Below, piece by piece: positions 43,701-58,900 of a stretch of 64,000 nucleotides of DNA. Source of the DNA: Macrostomum hystrix (taxonomy: Eukaryota; Animalia; Platyhelminthes). The stretch's first letter is position 1. Every line of letters starts with the position of its first letter. The notes below the pieces were generated by a model. The model was not told where the DNA came from. It ran no database searches and worked only from the letters and a program-made list of their open reading frames with translations. Where the stretch lies: contig CATNEN010000005.1 in the NCBI GenBank assembly GCA_950097015.1, forward strand, positions 1,612,001 through 1,676,000, read 5' to 3'. The translations under genes were made by a program, and so were the position numbers.

Positions 43701-46700
43701 GAGCCGATTTCTATGAGGGCCGATTCCTATGAGAGCCGATTCCTATGAGGGCCGATTCCTATGAGAGCTGATTCCTATGAGAGCCGATTCCTTTGAGGGC
43801 CGATTCCTATGAGGGCCGATTCCTATGAGAGCCGATTCCTATGAGAGCCGATTTCTATGAGGGCCGATTCCTATGAGAGCCGATTCCTATGAGGGCCGAT
43901 TCCTATGAGAGCCGATTCCTATGAGAGCCGATTTCTATGAGGGCGGATTCCTTTGAGAGCCGATTCCATTGAGGGCCGATTCCCATGAGGGCCGATTCCT
44001 ATGAGAGCCGATTCCTATGAGGGCCGATTCCTATGAGGGCCGATTCCTATGAGACCCGATTCCTATGAGAGCCGATTCCTATGAGAGCCGATTCCTATGA
44101 GAGCCGATTCCTATGAGAGCCGATTCCTATCGGTTCCTATGAGACCCGATTCCTATGAGAGCCGATTCCTATGACAGCCGATTCCTATGAGAGCGGATTC
44201 CTATGAGAGCCGATTCCTATCGGTTCCTATGAGACCCGATTCCTATGAGAGCCGATTCCTATGACAGCCGATTCCTATGAGAGCCGATTCCTATGAGAGC
44301 CGATTCCTATCGGTTCCTATGAGAGCCGATTCCTATGAGAGCCGATTCCTATGAGAGCCGATTCCTATGAGAGCCGATTCCTATGAGAGCCGATTCCTAT
44401 GAGGGCCGATTCCTATGAGAGCCGGTTCCTATCGGTTCCTATGAGAGCCGGTTCCTATCGGTTCCTATGAGACCCGATTCCTATGAGAGCCGATTCCTAT
44501 GAGAACCGATTCCTATGAGAGCCGATTCCTATGAGAGCCGATTCCTATGAGAGCCGATTCCTATGAGAGCCGATTCCTATGAGAGCCGATTCCTATGAGA
44601 GCCGATTCCTATGAGAGCCGATTCCTATGAGAGCCGATTACTATGAGAGCCGATTCCTATGAGAGCCGATTCCTATGAGAGCCGATTCCTATGAGGGCCG
44701 ATTCCTATGAGAGCCGGTTCCTATCGGTTCCTATGAGAGCCGGTTCCTATCGGTTCCTTTGAGAGCCGATTCCTATGAGAGCCGATTCCTATGAGAGCCG
44801 GTTCCTATCGGTTCCTATGAGAGCCGGTTCCTATCGGTTCCTATGAGAGCCGATTCCTATGAGACCCGATTCCTATGAGAGCCGGTTCCTATCGGTTCCT
44901 ATGAGAGCCGGTTCCTATCGGTTCCTATGAGACCCGATTCCTATGAGGGCCGATTCCTATGAGAGCCGATTCCTATGAGAGCCGATTCCTATGAGAGCCG
45001 ATTCCTATGAGAGCCGATTCCTATGAGGGCCGATTCCTATGAGAGCCGATTCCTATGAGAGCCGATTCCTATGAGAGCCGATTCCTATGAGACCCGATTC
45101 CTATGAGGGCCGATTCCTATGAGAGCCGATTCCTATGAGAGCCGATTCCTTTGAGACCCGATTCCTATGAGAGCCGGTTCCTATCGGTTCCTATGAGAGC
45201 CGGTTCCTATCGGTTCCTATGAGACCCGATTCCTATGAGAGCCGATTCCTATGAGAACCGATTCCTATGAGAGCCGATTCCTATGAGAGCCGATTCCTAT
45301 GAGAGCCGATTCCTATGAGAGCCGATTCCTATGAGAGCCGATTCCTATGAGAGCCGATTCCTATGAGAGCCGATTCCTATGAGGGCCGATTCCTATGAGA
45401 GCCGATTCCTATCGGTTCCTATGAGAGCCGATTCCTATGAGACCCGATTCCTATGAGAGCCGGTTCCTATCGGTTCCTATGAGAGCCGGTTCCTATCGGT
45501 TCCTATGAGACCCGATTCCTATGAGGGCCGATTCCTATGAGAGCCGATTCCTATGAGAGCCGATTCCTATGAGAGCCGATTCCTATTAGAGCCCATTCCT
45601 ATGAGGGCCGATTCCTATGAGAGCCGATTCCTATGAGAGCCGATTCCTATGAGAGCCGATTCCTATGAGACCCGATTCCTATGAGGGCCGATTCCTATGA
45701 GAGCCGATTCCTATGAGAGCCGATTCCTATGAGAGCCGATTCCTATGAGACCCGATTCCTATGAGAGCCGATTCCTTTGAGACCCGATTCCTATGAGAGC
45801 CGATTCCTATGAGAGCCGATTCCTATGAGAGCCGATTCCTATGAGAGCCGATTCCTTTGAGACCCGATTCCTATGAGAGCCGATTCCTATGAGAGCCGAT
45901 TCCTATGAGACCCGATTCCTATGAGGGCCGATTCCTATGAGACCCGATTCCTATGAGAGCCGATTCCAATGAGAGCCGATTCCTATGAGAGCCGATTCCT
46001 ATGAGAGCCGATTCCTATGAGAGCCGGTTCCTATCGGTTCCTATGAGAGCCGGTTCCTATCGGTTCCTTTGAGAGCCGATTCCTATGAGAGCCGATTCCT
46101 ATCGGTTCCTATGAGAGCCGATTCCTATGAGAGCCGGTTCCCATAGGTTCCCATGAGAGCCGGTTCCTATCGGTTCCTATGAGACCCGATTCCTATGAGA
46201 GCCGATTCCTATGAGGGCCGATTCCTATGAGAGCCGATTCCTATGAGGGCCGATTCCTATGAGAGCCGATTCCTAGGAGAGCCGATTCCTATGAGAGCTG
46301 ATTCCTATGAGAGCCGATTCCTATGAGAGCCGATTCCTATGAGAGCCGATTTCTATGAGGGCCGATTCCTATGAGAGCCGATTCCTATGAGGGCCGATTC
46401 CTATGAGAGCTGATTCCTATGAGAGCCGATTCCTTTGAGGGCCGATTCCTATGAGGGCCGATTCCTATGAGAGCCGATTCCTATGAGGGCCGATTCCTAT
46501 GAGGGCCGATTCCTATGAGAGCCGATTCCTATGAGAGCCGATTCCTATCGGTTCCTATGAGACCCGATTCCTATGAGAGCCGATTCCTATGACAGCCGAT
46601 TCCTATGAGAGCCGATTCCTATGAGAGCCGATTCCTATCGGTTCCTATGAGAGCCGTTTCCTATGAGACCCGATTCCTATGAGAGCCGATTCCTATGAGG

Positions 46701-47159
46701 GCCGATTCCTATGAGAGCCGATTCCTATGAGACCCGATTCCTATGAGAGCCGATTCCTATCGGTTCCTATGAGAGCCGATTCCTATGAGAACCGATTCCT
46801 AAGAGAGCCGGTTCCGATCGGTTCCTATGAGTGCCGGTTCCTATCGGTTCCTATGAGAGCCGGTTCCTATCGGTTCCTATGAGAGCCGATTCCTATGAGA
46901 GCCGATTCCTATCGGTTCCTATGAGAGCTGATTCCTATGAGACCCGATTCCTGTGAGAGCCGGTTCCTATCGGTTCCTATGAGAGCCGGTTCCTATCGGT
47001 TCCGATGAGACCCGATTCCTATGAGAGCCGATTCCTATGAGAGCCGATTCCTATGAGGGCCGATTCCTATGAGAGCCGATTCCTATGAGACCCGATTCCT
47101 ATGAGACCCGATTCCTATGAGACCCGATTCCTATGAGAGCCGATTCCTAGGAGAGCCGA

Positions 47160-47585
47160 GATCAGGGCCGAGACGTGGACGCTGACTGATTCGCTAGAAC
47201 AGCAAGTCAACGCGGCGCACGCTGGCCTGCTGCGTGCCGCCTTTAAGATCAGCGACGAGCGGATCACTAACGCGGCACTCTATCGTCGCGCCGGCCTGGC
47301 CCGTCCGAGTGAACTGCTGCGACTTCGGCGACTCCAGCTTGCAGGCCACATCATCCGCGCCGAGTCCTACTGCCCGCAGCCGGTGCAGGAGGTGCTGCTG
47401 CTAACGCTGCAGGCACCCTACCGGCGCGGCCAGGCCCGAACTCGGCGTTTCGTCGACTGCCTGCTGGCCGATGCTGGCGCCCCGGACACTGCCGGCGGTG
47501 CGGCCTTTGTTCGCGCCCAGGCTCTGAAGCGTGCACTGTGACGCTGCCTTTTCCACCTGACAGCGTACTTTGTTGTTGTTGTTGT
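47160..47585 (+). mobile_element. 5'-truncated RTE-like LINE inserted in the satellite
   Basis: AETWTLTD...RRLQLAGHIIRAE...RRGQARTRRFVD...KRAL stop (47540), then a (TTG)n tail. TSD TAGGAGAGCCGA at 47148-47159 and 47586-47597. Confidence 0.92.
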
Positions 47586-50500
47586 TAGGAGAGCCGATTC
47601 CTATGAGAGCCGATTCCTATCAGAGCCGATTCCTATCGGTTCCTTTGAGAGCCGATTCCTATGAGACCCGATTCCTATGAGAGCCGATTCCTATGAGACC
47701 CGATTCCTATGAGAGCCGGTTCCTATCGGTTCCTATGAGAGCCGATTCCTATGAGAGCCGGTTCCTATCGGTTCCTATGAGAGCCGATTCCTATGAGACC
47801 CGATTCCTATGAGAGCCGGTTCTTATCGGTTCCTATGAGAGCTGGTTCCTATCGGTTCCTATCAGAGCCGATTCCTATGAGAGCCGATTCCTATGTGAGC
47901 CGATTCCTATGAGAGCCGATTCCTATGAGAGCCGATTCCTCTGAGAGCCAATTCCTATGAGAGCCGATTCCTATAAGACCCGATTCCTATGAGAGCCGAT
48001 TCGTATGAGAGCCGATTCCTATGAGAGCCGATTCCTATCAGGGCCGATTCCTATGAGGGCCGATTCCTATGAGGGCCAATTCCTATGAGGGCCGATTCCT
48101 ATGAGAGCCGATTCCTATGAGAGCCGATTCCTATGAGAGCCGATTCCTATCAGAGCCGATTCCTATGAGAGCCGAATCCTATGAGAGCCGATTCCTATAA
48201 GAGCCGATTCCTATGAGAGCCGATTCCTTTCAGAGCCGATTCCTATGAGAGCCGATTCCTATGAGGGCCGATTCCTATGAGAGCCGATTCCTATGAGAGC
48301 CGATTCCTATGAGAGCCGATTCCTATCAGAGCCGATTCCTATGAGGGCCGATTCCTATGAGAGCCGATTCCTATGAGAGCCGATTCCTATGAGAGCCGAT
48401 TCCTATGAGAGCCGATTCCTATGAGGGCCGATTCCTATGAGAGCCGATTCCTATGAGAGCCGATTCCTATGAGAGCCGATTCCTATGAGACCCGATTCCT
48501 ATGAGAGCCGATTCCTATGAGAGCCGATTCCTTTGAGACCCGATTCCTATGAGAGCCGATTCCTATGAGAGCCGATTCCTATGAGACCCGATTCCTATGA
48601 GGGCCGATTACTATGAGACCCGATTCCTATGAGAGCCGATTCCTATGAGAGCCGATTCCTATGAGAGCCGATTCCTATGAGAGCCGATTCCTATGAGAGC
48701 CGGTTCCTATCGGTTCCTATGAGAGCCGATTCCTATGAGACCCGATTCCTATGAGAGCCGATTCCTATGAGAGCCGGTTCCTATGAGAGCCGGTTCCTAT
48801 CGGTTCCTATGAGAGCCGATTCCTATGAGAGCCGATTCCTATGAGAGCCGATTCCTATGAGAGCCGGTTCCTATCGGTTCCTATGAGAGCCGATTCCTAT
48901 GAGACCCGATTCCTATGAGAGCCGGTTCCTATGAGAGCCGGTTCCTATGAGAGCCGGTTCCTATCGGTTCCTATGAGACCCGATTCCTATGAGAGCCGAT
49001 TCCTATGAGAGCCGATTCCTATGAGGGCCGATTCCTATGAGAGCCGATTCCTATGAGAGCCGATTCCTATGAGAGCCGATTCCTAAGAGAGCCGATTCCT
49101 ATGAGAGCCGATTCCTATGAGAGCCGATTCCTATGAGAGCCGATTCCTATGAGGGCCGATTCCTATGAGAGCCGATTCCTATGAGAGCCGATTCCTATGA
49201 GAGCCGATTCCTATGAGGGCCGATTCCTATGAGAGCCGATTCCTATGAGGGCCGATTCCTATGAGAGCCGATTCCTATGAGAGCCGATTCCTATGAGAGC
49301 CGATATTATGAGAGCCGATTCCTATGAGAGCCGATTCCTATGAGAGCCGATTCCTATGAGGGCCGATTCCTATGAGAGCCGATTCCTATGAGAGCCGATT
49401 CCTATGAGAGCCGATTCGTATGAGAGCCGATTCCTATGAGGGCCGATTCCTATGAGAGCCGATTCCTATGAGAGCCGATTCCTATGAGAGCCGATTCCTA
49501 TGAGAGCCGATTCCCATCGGTTCCTATGAGAGCCGATTCCTATGAGACCCGATTTCTATGAGAGCCGATTCCTATGAGACCCGATTCCTATGAGAGCCGG
49601 TTCCTATCGGTTCCTATGAGAGCCGGTTCCTATCGGTTCCTATGAGAGCGGATTCCTATGAGAGCCAATTCCTATGTGAGCCGATTCCTATGAGACCCGA
49701 TTCCTATGAGAGCCGATTCCTCTGAGAGCCGATTCCTATGAGAGCCGATTCCTATGAGACCCGATTCCTATGAGAGCCGATTCCTATGAGAGCCGATTCC
49801 TATGAGAGCCGATTCCTATGAGAGCCGATTCCTATGAGAGCCGATTCCTATCGGTTCCTATGAGAGCCGATTCCTATGAGACCCGATTCCTATGAGAGCC
49901 GGTTCCTATCGGTTCCTATGAGAGCCGGTTCCTATCGGTTCCTATGAGACCCGATTCCTATGAGAGCCGATTCCTATGAGAGCCGATTCCTATGAGAGCC
50001 GATTCCTAAGAGAGCCGATTCCTATGAGAGCCGATTCCTATGAGAGCCGATTCCTATGAGAGCCGATTCCTATGAGGGCCGATTCCTATGAGAGCCGATT
50101 CCTATGAGGGCCGATTCCTATGAGAGCCGATTCCTCTGAGAGCCAATTCCTATGAGAGCCGATTCCTATAAGACCCGATTCCTATGAGAGCCGATTCGTA
50201 TGAGAGCCGATTCCTATGAGAGCCGATTCCTATCAGGGCCGATTCCTATGAGGGCCGATTCCTATGAGGGCCAATTCCTATGAGGGCCCATTCCTATGAG
50301 AGCCGATTCCTATGAGAGCCGATTCCTATGAGAGCCGATTCCTATCAGAGCCGATTCCTATGAGAGCCGAATCCTATGAGAGCCGATTCCTATAAGAGCC
50401 GATTCCTATGAGAGCCGATTCCTTTCAGAGCCGATTCCTATGAGAGCCGATTCCTATGAGGGCCGATTCCTATGAGAGCCGATTCCTATGAGAGCCGATT

Positions 50501-52977
50501 CCTATGAGAGCCGATTCCTATCAGAGCCGATTCCTATGAGGGCCGATTCCTATGAGAGCCGATTCCTATGAGAGCCGATTCCTATGAGAGCCGATTCCTA
50601 TGAGAGCCGATTCCTATGAGGGCCGATTCCTATGAGAGCCGATTCCTATGAGAGCCGATTCCTATGAGAGCCGATTCCTATGAGACCCGATTCCTATGAG
50701 AGCCGATTCCTATGAGAGCCGATTCCTTTGAGACCCGATTCCTATGAGAGCCGATTCCTATGAGAGCCGATTCCTATGAGACCCGATTCCTATGAGGGCC
50801 GATTCCTATGAGACCCGATTCCTATGAGAGCCGATTCCTATGAGAGCCGATTCCTATGAGAGCCGATTCCTATGAGAGCCGATTCCTATGAGAGCCGGTT
50901 CCTATCGGTTCCTATGAGAGCCGGTTCCTATCGGTTCCTTTGAGAGCCGATTCCTATGAGAGCCGATTCCTATGAGAGCCGATTCCTATGAGAGCCGATT
51001 CCTATGAGAGCCGATTCCTATGAGACCCGATTCCTATGAGAGCCGATTCCTATGAGAGCCGATTCCTTTGAGACCCGATTCCTATGAGACCCGATTCCTA
51101 TGAGAGCCAATTCCTATGTGAGCCGATTCCTATGAGACCCGATTCCTATGAGAGCCGATTCCTCTGAGAGCCGATTCCTATGAGAGCCGATTCCTATGAG
51201 ACCCGATTCCTATGAGAGCCGGTTCCTATGAGAGCCGGTTCCTATGAGAGCCGGTTCCTATCGGTTCCTATGAGACCCGATTCCTATGAGAGCCGATTCC
51301 TATGAGAGCCGATTCCTATGAGGGCCGATTCCTATGAGAGCCGATTCCTATGAGAGCCGATTCCTATGAGAGCCGATTCCTAAGAGAGCCGATTCCTATG
51401 AGAGCCGATTCCTATGAGAGCCGATTCCTATGAGAGCCGATTCCTATGAGGGCCGATTCCGATGAGAGCCGATTCCTATGAGGGCCGATTCCTATGAGAG
51501 CCGATTCCTATGAGAGCCGATTCCTATGAGAGCCGATATTATGAGAGCCGATTCCTATGAGAGCCGATTCCTATGAGAGCCGATTCCTATGAGGGCCGAT
51601 TCCTATGAGAGCCGATTCCTATGAGAGCCGATTCCTATGAGAGCCGATTCGTATGAGAGCCGATTCCTATGAGGGCCGATTCCTATGAGAGCCGATTCCT
51701 ATGAGAGCCGATTCCTATGAGAGCCGATTCCTATGAGAGCCGATTCCCATCGGTTCCTATGAGAGCCGATTCCTATGAGACCCGATTTCTATGAGAGCCG
51801 ATTCCTATGAGACCCGATTCCTATGAGAGCCGGTTCCTATCGGTTCCTATGAGAGCCGGTTCCTATCGGTTCCTATGAGAGCGGATTCCTATGAGAGCCG
51901 ATTCCTATGTGAGCCGATTCCTATGAGACCCGATTCCTATGAGAGCCGATTCCTCTGAGAGCCGATTCCTATGAGAGCCGATTCCTATGAGACCCGATTC
52001 CTATGAGAGCCGATTCCTATGAGAGCCGATTCCTATGAGAGCCGATTCCTATGAGAGCCGATTCCTATGAGAGCCGATTCCTATCGGTTCCTATGAGAGC
52101 CGATTCCTATGAGACCCGATTCCTATGAGAGCCGGTTCCTATCGGTTCCTATGAGAGCCGGTTCCTATCGGTTCCTATGAGACCCGATTCCTATGAGAGC
52201 CGATTCCTATGAGAGCCGATTCCTATGAGAGCCGATTCCTAAGAGAGCCGATTCCTATGAGAGCCGATTCCTATGAGAGCCGATTCCTATGAGAGCCGAT
52301 TCCTATGAGGGCCGATTCCTATGAGAGCCGATTCCTATGAGGGCCGATTCCTATGAGAGCCGATTCCTATGAGAGCCGATTCCTATGAGAGCCGATATTA
52401 TGAGAGCCGATTCCTATGAGAGCCGATTCCTATGAGAGCCGATTCCTATGAGGGCCGATTCCTATGAGAGCCGATTCCTATGAGAGCCGATTCCTATGAG
52501 AGCCGATTCGTATGAGAGCCGATTCCTATGAGGGCCGATTCCTATGAGAGCCGATTCCTATGAGAGCCGATTCCTATGAGAGCCGATTCCTATGAGAGCC
52601 GATTCCTATGAGAGCCGATTCCTATGAGAGCCGATTCCTATGAGAGCCGATTCCCATCGGTTCCTATGAGAGCCGATTCCTATGAGACCCGATTTCTATG
52701 AGAGCCGATTCCTATGAGTCCCGATTCCTATGAGAGCCGGTTCCTATCGGTTCCTATGAGAGCCGGTTCCTATCGGTTCCTATGAGAGCGGATTCCTATG
52801 AGAGCCGATTCCTATGTGAGCCGATTCCTATGAGACCCGATTCCTATGAGAGCCGATGCCTCTGAGAGCCGATTCCTATGAGAGCCGATTCCTATGAGAC
52901 CCGATTCCTATGAGAGCCGATTCCTATGAGAGCCGATTCCTATGAGAGCCGATTCCTAGGAGAGCCGATGCCTTTGA

Positions 52978-55900
52978 GGGGGACTCAACCGGAATCTATA
53001 GAGCATCGCCAGGCCTTTCGAACGACACCAAAATCAGTTCCCGGGGACCTCGGGAACTGTCTCGAATCGGCCCGAGAAGGATGTAGGAAGCATTGACTTT
53101 ATGGAAAGTCAAGGACATTGATAACAAGTCAAACTCATGGAATTCTAAAAATAGCCACAACTTTCTGTCCCGACCATCTAGTGGTGCCGGACTGGCGCCT
53201 CTAGACTCAGGGCGTCAACCTCTAGTCGAGAAATGTCATTTCCAACATTGCCCGCCAATGACTGAAATTTCGACCTTGGCAAATTTTCTACTAAATCTAT
53301 GAGGGCCGATTCCTATGAGGGCCGATTCCTATGAGAGCCGATTCCTATGAGAGCCGATTCCTATGAGAGCCGATTCCTATGAGAGCCGATTCCTATCGGT
53401 TCCTATGAGACCCGATTCCTATGAGAGCCGATTCCTATGACAGCCGATTCCTATGAGAGCCGATTCCTATGAGAGCCGATTCCTATCGGTTCCTATGAGA
53501 GCCGTTTCCTATGAGACCCGATTCCTATGAGAGCCGATTCCTATGAGGGCCGATTCCTATGAGAGCCGATTCCTATGAGACCCGATTCCTATGAGAGCCG
53601 ATTCCTATCGGTTCCTATGAGAGCCGATTCCTATGAGAACCGATTCCTAAGAGAGCCGGTTCCGATCGGTTCCTATGAGTGCCGGTTCCTATCGGTTCCT
53701 ATGAGAGCCGGTTCCTATCGGTTCCTATGAGAGCCGATTCCTATGAGAGCCGATTCCTATCGGTTCCTATGAGAGCTGATTCCTATGAGACCCGATTCCT
53801 ATGAGAGCCGGTTCCTATCGGTTCCGATGAGACCCGATTCCTATGAGAGCCGATTCCTATGAGAGCCGATTCCTATGAGAGCCGATTCCTATGAGAGCCG
53901 ATTCCTATGAGAGCCGATTCCTATGAGAGCCGATTCCTATGAGAGCCGATTCCTATGAGAGCCGATTCCTGTGAGACCCGATTCCTATGAGAGCCGATTC
54001 CTATGAGAGCCGATTCCTATGAGAGCCGATTCCTATGAGAGCCGATTCCTATCAGGGCCGATTCCTATGAGAGCCGATTCCTATGAGAGCCGATTCCTAT
54101 GAGACCCGATTCCTATGAGACCCGATTCCTATGAGAGCCGATTCCTAGGAGAGCCGATTCCTATGAGAGCCGATTCCTATCAGAGCCGATTCCTATCGGT
54201 TCCTTTGAGAGCCGATTCCTATGAGACCCGATTCCTATGAGAGCCGATTCCTATGAGACCCGATTCCTATGAGAGCCGGTTCCTATCGGTTCCTATGAGA
54301 GCCGATTCCTATGAGAGCCGGTTCCTATCGGTTCCTATGAGAGCCGATTCCTATGAGAGCCGATTCCTATGAGAGCCGGTTCTTATCGGTTCCTATGAGA
54401 GCTGGTTCCTATCGGTTCCTATCAGAGCCGATTCCTATGAGAGCCGATTCCTATGTGAGCCGATTCCTATGAGAGCCGATTCCTATGAGAGCCGATTCCT
54501 CTGAGAGCCAATTCCTATGAGAGCCGATTCCTATAAGACCCGATTCCTATGAGAGCCGATTCCTATGAGAGCCGATTCCTATCAGGGCCGATTCCTATGA
54601 GGGCCGATTCCTATGAGGGCCAATTCCTATGAGGGCCGATTCCTTTGAGAGCCGATTCCTATGAGAGCCGATTCCTATGAGAGCCGATTCCTATGAGAGC
54701 CGATTCCTATGAGAGCCGAATCCTATGAGAGCCGATTCCTATAAGAGCCGATTCCTATGAGAGCCGATTCCTTTCAGAGCCGATTCCTATGAGAGCCGAT
54801 TCCTATGAGGGCCGATTCCTATGAGAGCCGATTCCTATGAGACCCGATTCCTATGAGAGCCGATTCCTATCAGAGCCGATTCCTATGAGGGCCGATTCCT
54901 ATGAGAGCCGATTCCTATGAGAGCCGGTTCCTATGAGAGCCGATTCCTATGAGAGCCGATTCCTATGAGAGCCGATTCCTATGAGAGCCGATTCCTATGA
55001 GAGCCGATTCCTATGAGACCCGATTCCTATGAGGGCCGATTCCTATGAGGGCCGATTCCTATGAGAGCCGATATTATGAGAGCCGATTCCTATGAGAGCC
55101 GATTCCTATGAGAGCCGATTCCTATGAGGGCCGATTCCTATGAGAGCCGATTCCTATGAGAGCCGATTCCTATGAGAGCCGATTCGTATGAGAGCCGATT
55201 CCTATGAGGGCCGATTCCTATGAGAGCCGATTCCTATGAGAGCCGATTCCTATGAGAGCCGATTCCTATGAGAGCCGATTCCTATGAGAGCCGATTCCTA
55301 TGAGAGCCGATTCCTATGAGAGCCGATTCCTATGAGAGCCGATTCCCATCGGTTCCTATGAGAGCCGATTCCTATGAGACCCGATTTCTATGAGAGCCGA
55401 TTCCTATGAGACCCGATTCCTATGAGAGCCGGTTCCTATCGGTTCCTATGAGAGCGGATTCCTATGAGAGCCGATTCCTATGTGAGCCGATTCCTATGAG
55501 ACCCGATTCCTATGAGAGCCGATTCCTATGAGAGCCGATTCCTATGAGAGCCGATTCCTAAGAGAGCCGATTCCTATGAGAGCCGATTCCTATGAGAGCC
55601 GATTCCTATGAGAGCCGATTCCTATGAGAGCCGATTCCTATGAGAGCCGATTCCTATGAGAGCCGAATCCTATGAGAGCCGATTCCTGTAAGAGCCGATT
55701 CCTATGAGAGCCAACTCCTTTCAGAGCCGATTCCTATGAGAGCCGATTCCTATGAGGGCCGATTCCTATGAGAGCCGATTCCTATGAGAGCCGATTCCTA
55801 TGAGAGCCGATTCCTATGAGAGCCGATTCCTATGAGGGCCGATTCCTATGAGAGCCGATTCCTATGAGAGCCGATTCCTATGAGAGCCGATTCCTATGAG

Positions 55901-58900
55901 AGCCGATTCCTATGAGGGCCGATTCCTATGAGAGCCGATTCCTATGAGAGCCGATTCCTATGAGAGCCGATTCCTATGAGACCCTATTCCTATGAGGGCC
56001 GATTCCTATGAGAGCCGATTCCTATGAGAGCCGATTCCTATGAGAGCCGATTCCTATGAGACCCGATTCCTATGAGGGCCGATTCCTATGAGACCCGATT
56101 CCTATGAGAGCCGATTCCTCTGAGAGCCGATTCCTAGGAGAGCCGATTCCTATGAGACCCGATTCCTATGAGGGCCGATTCCTATGAGAGCCGATTCCTA
56201 TGAGAGCCGATTCCTATGAGAGCCGATTCCTAGGAGAGCCGATTCCTTTGAGGGGGACTCAACCGGAATCTATAGAGCATCGCCAGGCCTTTCGAACGAC
56301 ACCAAAATCAGTTCCCGGGGACCTCGGGAACTGTCTCGAATCGGCCCGAGAAGGATGTAGGAAGCATTGACTTTATGGAAAGTCAAGGACATTGACTGAT
56401 AACAAGTCAAACTCATGGAATTCTAAAAATAGCCACAACTTTCTGTCCCGACCATCTAGTGGTGCCGGACTGGCGCCTCTAGACTCAGGGCGTCAACCTC
56501 TAGTCGAGAAATGTCATTTCCAACATTGCCCGCCAATGACTGAAATTTCGACCTTGGCAAATTTTCTACTAAATCTATGAGGGCCGATTCCTATGAGGGC
56601 CGATTCCTATGAGAGCCGATTCCTATGAGAGCCGATTCCTATGAGAGCCGATTCCTATGAGACCCTATTCCTATGAGGGCCGATTCCTATGAGAGCCGAT
56701 TCCTATGAGAGCCGATTCCTATGAGAGCCGATTCCTATGAGACCCGATTCCTATGAGGGCCGATTCCTATGAGAGCCGATTCCTATGAGAGCCGATTCTT
56801 ATGAGAGCCGATTCCTAGGAGAGCCGATTCCTATGAGACCCGATTCCTATGAGGGCCGATTCCTATGAGAGCCGATTCCTATGAGAGCCGATTCCTATGA
56901 GAGCCGATTCCTAGGAGAGCCGATTCCTTTGAGGGGGACTCAACCGGAATCTATAGAGCATCGCCAGGCCTTTCGAACGACACCAAAATCAGTTCCCGGG
57001 GACCTCGGGAACTGTCTCGAATCGGCCCGAGAAGGATGTAGGAAGCATTGACTTTATGGAAAGTCAAGGACATTGACTGATAACAAGTCAAACTCATGGA
57101 ATTCTAAAAATAGCCACAACTTTCTGTCCCGACCATCTAGTGGTGCCGGACTGGCGCCTCTAGACTCAGGGCGTCAACCTCTAGTCGAGAAATGTCATTT
57201 CCAACATTGCCCGCCAATGACTGAAATTTCGACCTTGGCAAATTTTCTACTAAATCTATGAGGGCCGATTCCTATGAGGGCCGATTCCTATGAGAGCCGA
57301 TTCCTATGAGAGCCGATTCCTATGAGAGCCGATTCCTATCGGTTCCTATGAGACCCGATTCCTATGAGAGCCGATTCCTATGACAGCCGATTCCTATGAG
57401 AGCCGATTCCTATGAGAGCCGATTCCTATCGGTTCCTATGAGAGCCGTTTCCTATGAGACCCGATTCCTATGAGAGCCGATTCCTATGAGGGCCGATTCC
57501 TATGAGAGCCGATTCCTATGAGACCCGATTCCTATGAGAGCCGATTCGTATGAGAGCCGATTCCTATGAGAGCCGATTCCTATCAGGGCCGATTCCTATG
57601 AGGGCCGATTCCTATGAGGGCCAATTCCTATGAGGGCCGATTCCTTTGAGAGCCGATTCCTATGAGAGCCGAATCCTATGAGAGCCGATTCCTATAAGAG
57701 CCGATTCCTATGAGAGCCGATTCCTTTCAGAGCCGATTCCTATGAGAGCCGATTCCTATGAGGGCCGATTCCTATGAGAGCCGATTCCTATGAGACCCGA
57801 TTCCTATGAGAGCCGATTCCTATCAGAGCCGATTCCTATGAGGGCCGATTCCTATGAGAGCCGATTCCTATGAGAGCCGGTTCCTATGAGAGCCGATTCC
57901 TATGAGAGCCGATTCCTATGAGAGCCGATTCCTATGAGAGCCGATTCCTATGAGAGCCGATTCCTATGAGACCCGATTCCTATGAGGGCCGATTCCTATG
58001 AGGGCCGATTCCTATGAGAGCCGATATTATGAGAGCCGATTCCTATGAGAGCCGATTCCTATGAGAGCCGATTCCTATGAGGGCCGATTCCTATGAGAGC
58101 CGATTCCTATGAGAGCCGATTCCTATGAGAGCCGATTCGTATGAGAGCCGATTCCTATGAGGGCCGATTCCTATGAGAGCCGATTCCTATGAGAGCCGAT
58201 TCCTATGAGAGCCGATTCCTATGAGAGCCGATTCCTATGAGAGCCGATTCCTATGAGAGCCGATTCCTATGAGAGCCGATTCCTATGAGAGCCGATTCCC
58301 ATCGGTTCCTATGAGAGCCGATTCCTATGAGACCCGATTTCTATGAGAGCCGATTCCTATGAGACCCGATTCCTATGAGAGCCGGTTCCTATCGGTTCCT
58401 ATGAGAGCGGATTCCTATGAGAGCCGATTCCTATGTGAGCCGATTCCTATGAGACCCGATTCCTATGAGAGCCGATTCCTATGAGAGCCGATTCCTATGA
58501 GAGCCGATTCCTATGAGAGCCGATTCCTATGAGAGCCGATTCCTATGAGAGCCGATTCCTATGAGAGCCGATTCCTATGAGAGCCGATTCCTATGAGAGC
58601 CGAATCCTATGAGAGCCGATTCCTGTAAGAGCCGATTCCTATGAGAGCCAACTCCTTTCAGAGCCGATTCCTATGAGAGCCGATTCCTATGAGGGCCGAT
58701 TCCTATGAGAGCCGATTCCTATGAGAGCCGATTCCTATGAGAGCCGATTCCTATGAGAGCCGATTCCTATGAGGGCCGATTCCTATGAGAGCCGATTCCT
58801 ATGAGAGCCGATTCCTATGAGAGCCGATTCCTATGAGAGCCGATTCCTATGAGGGCCGATTCCTATGAGAGCCGATTCCTATGAGAGCCGATTCCTATGA

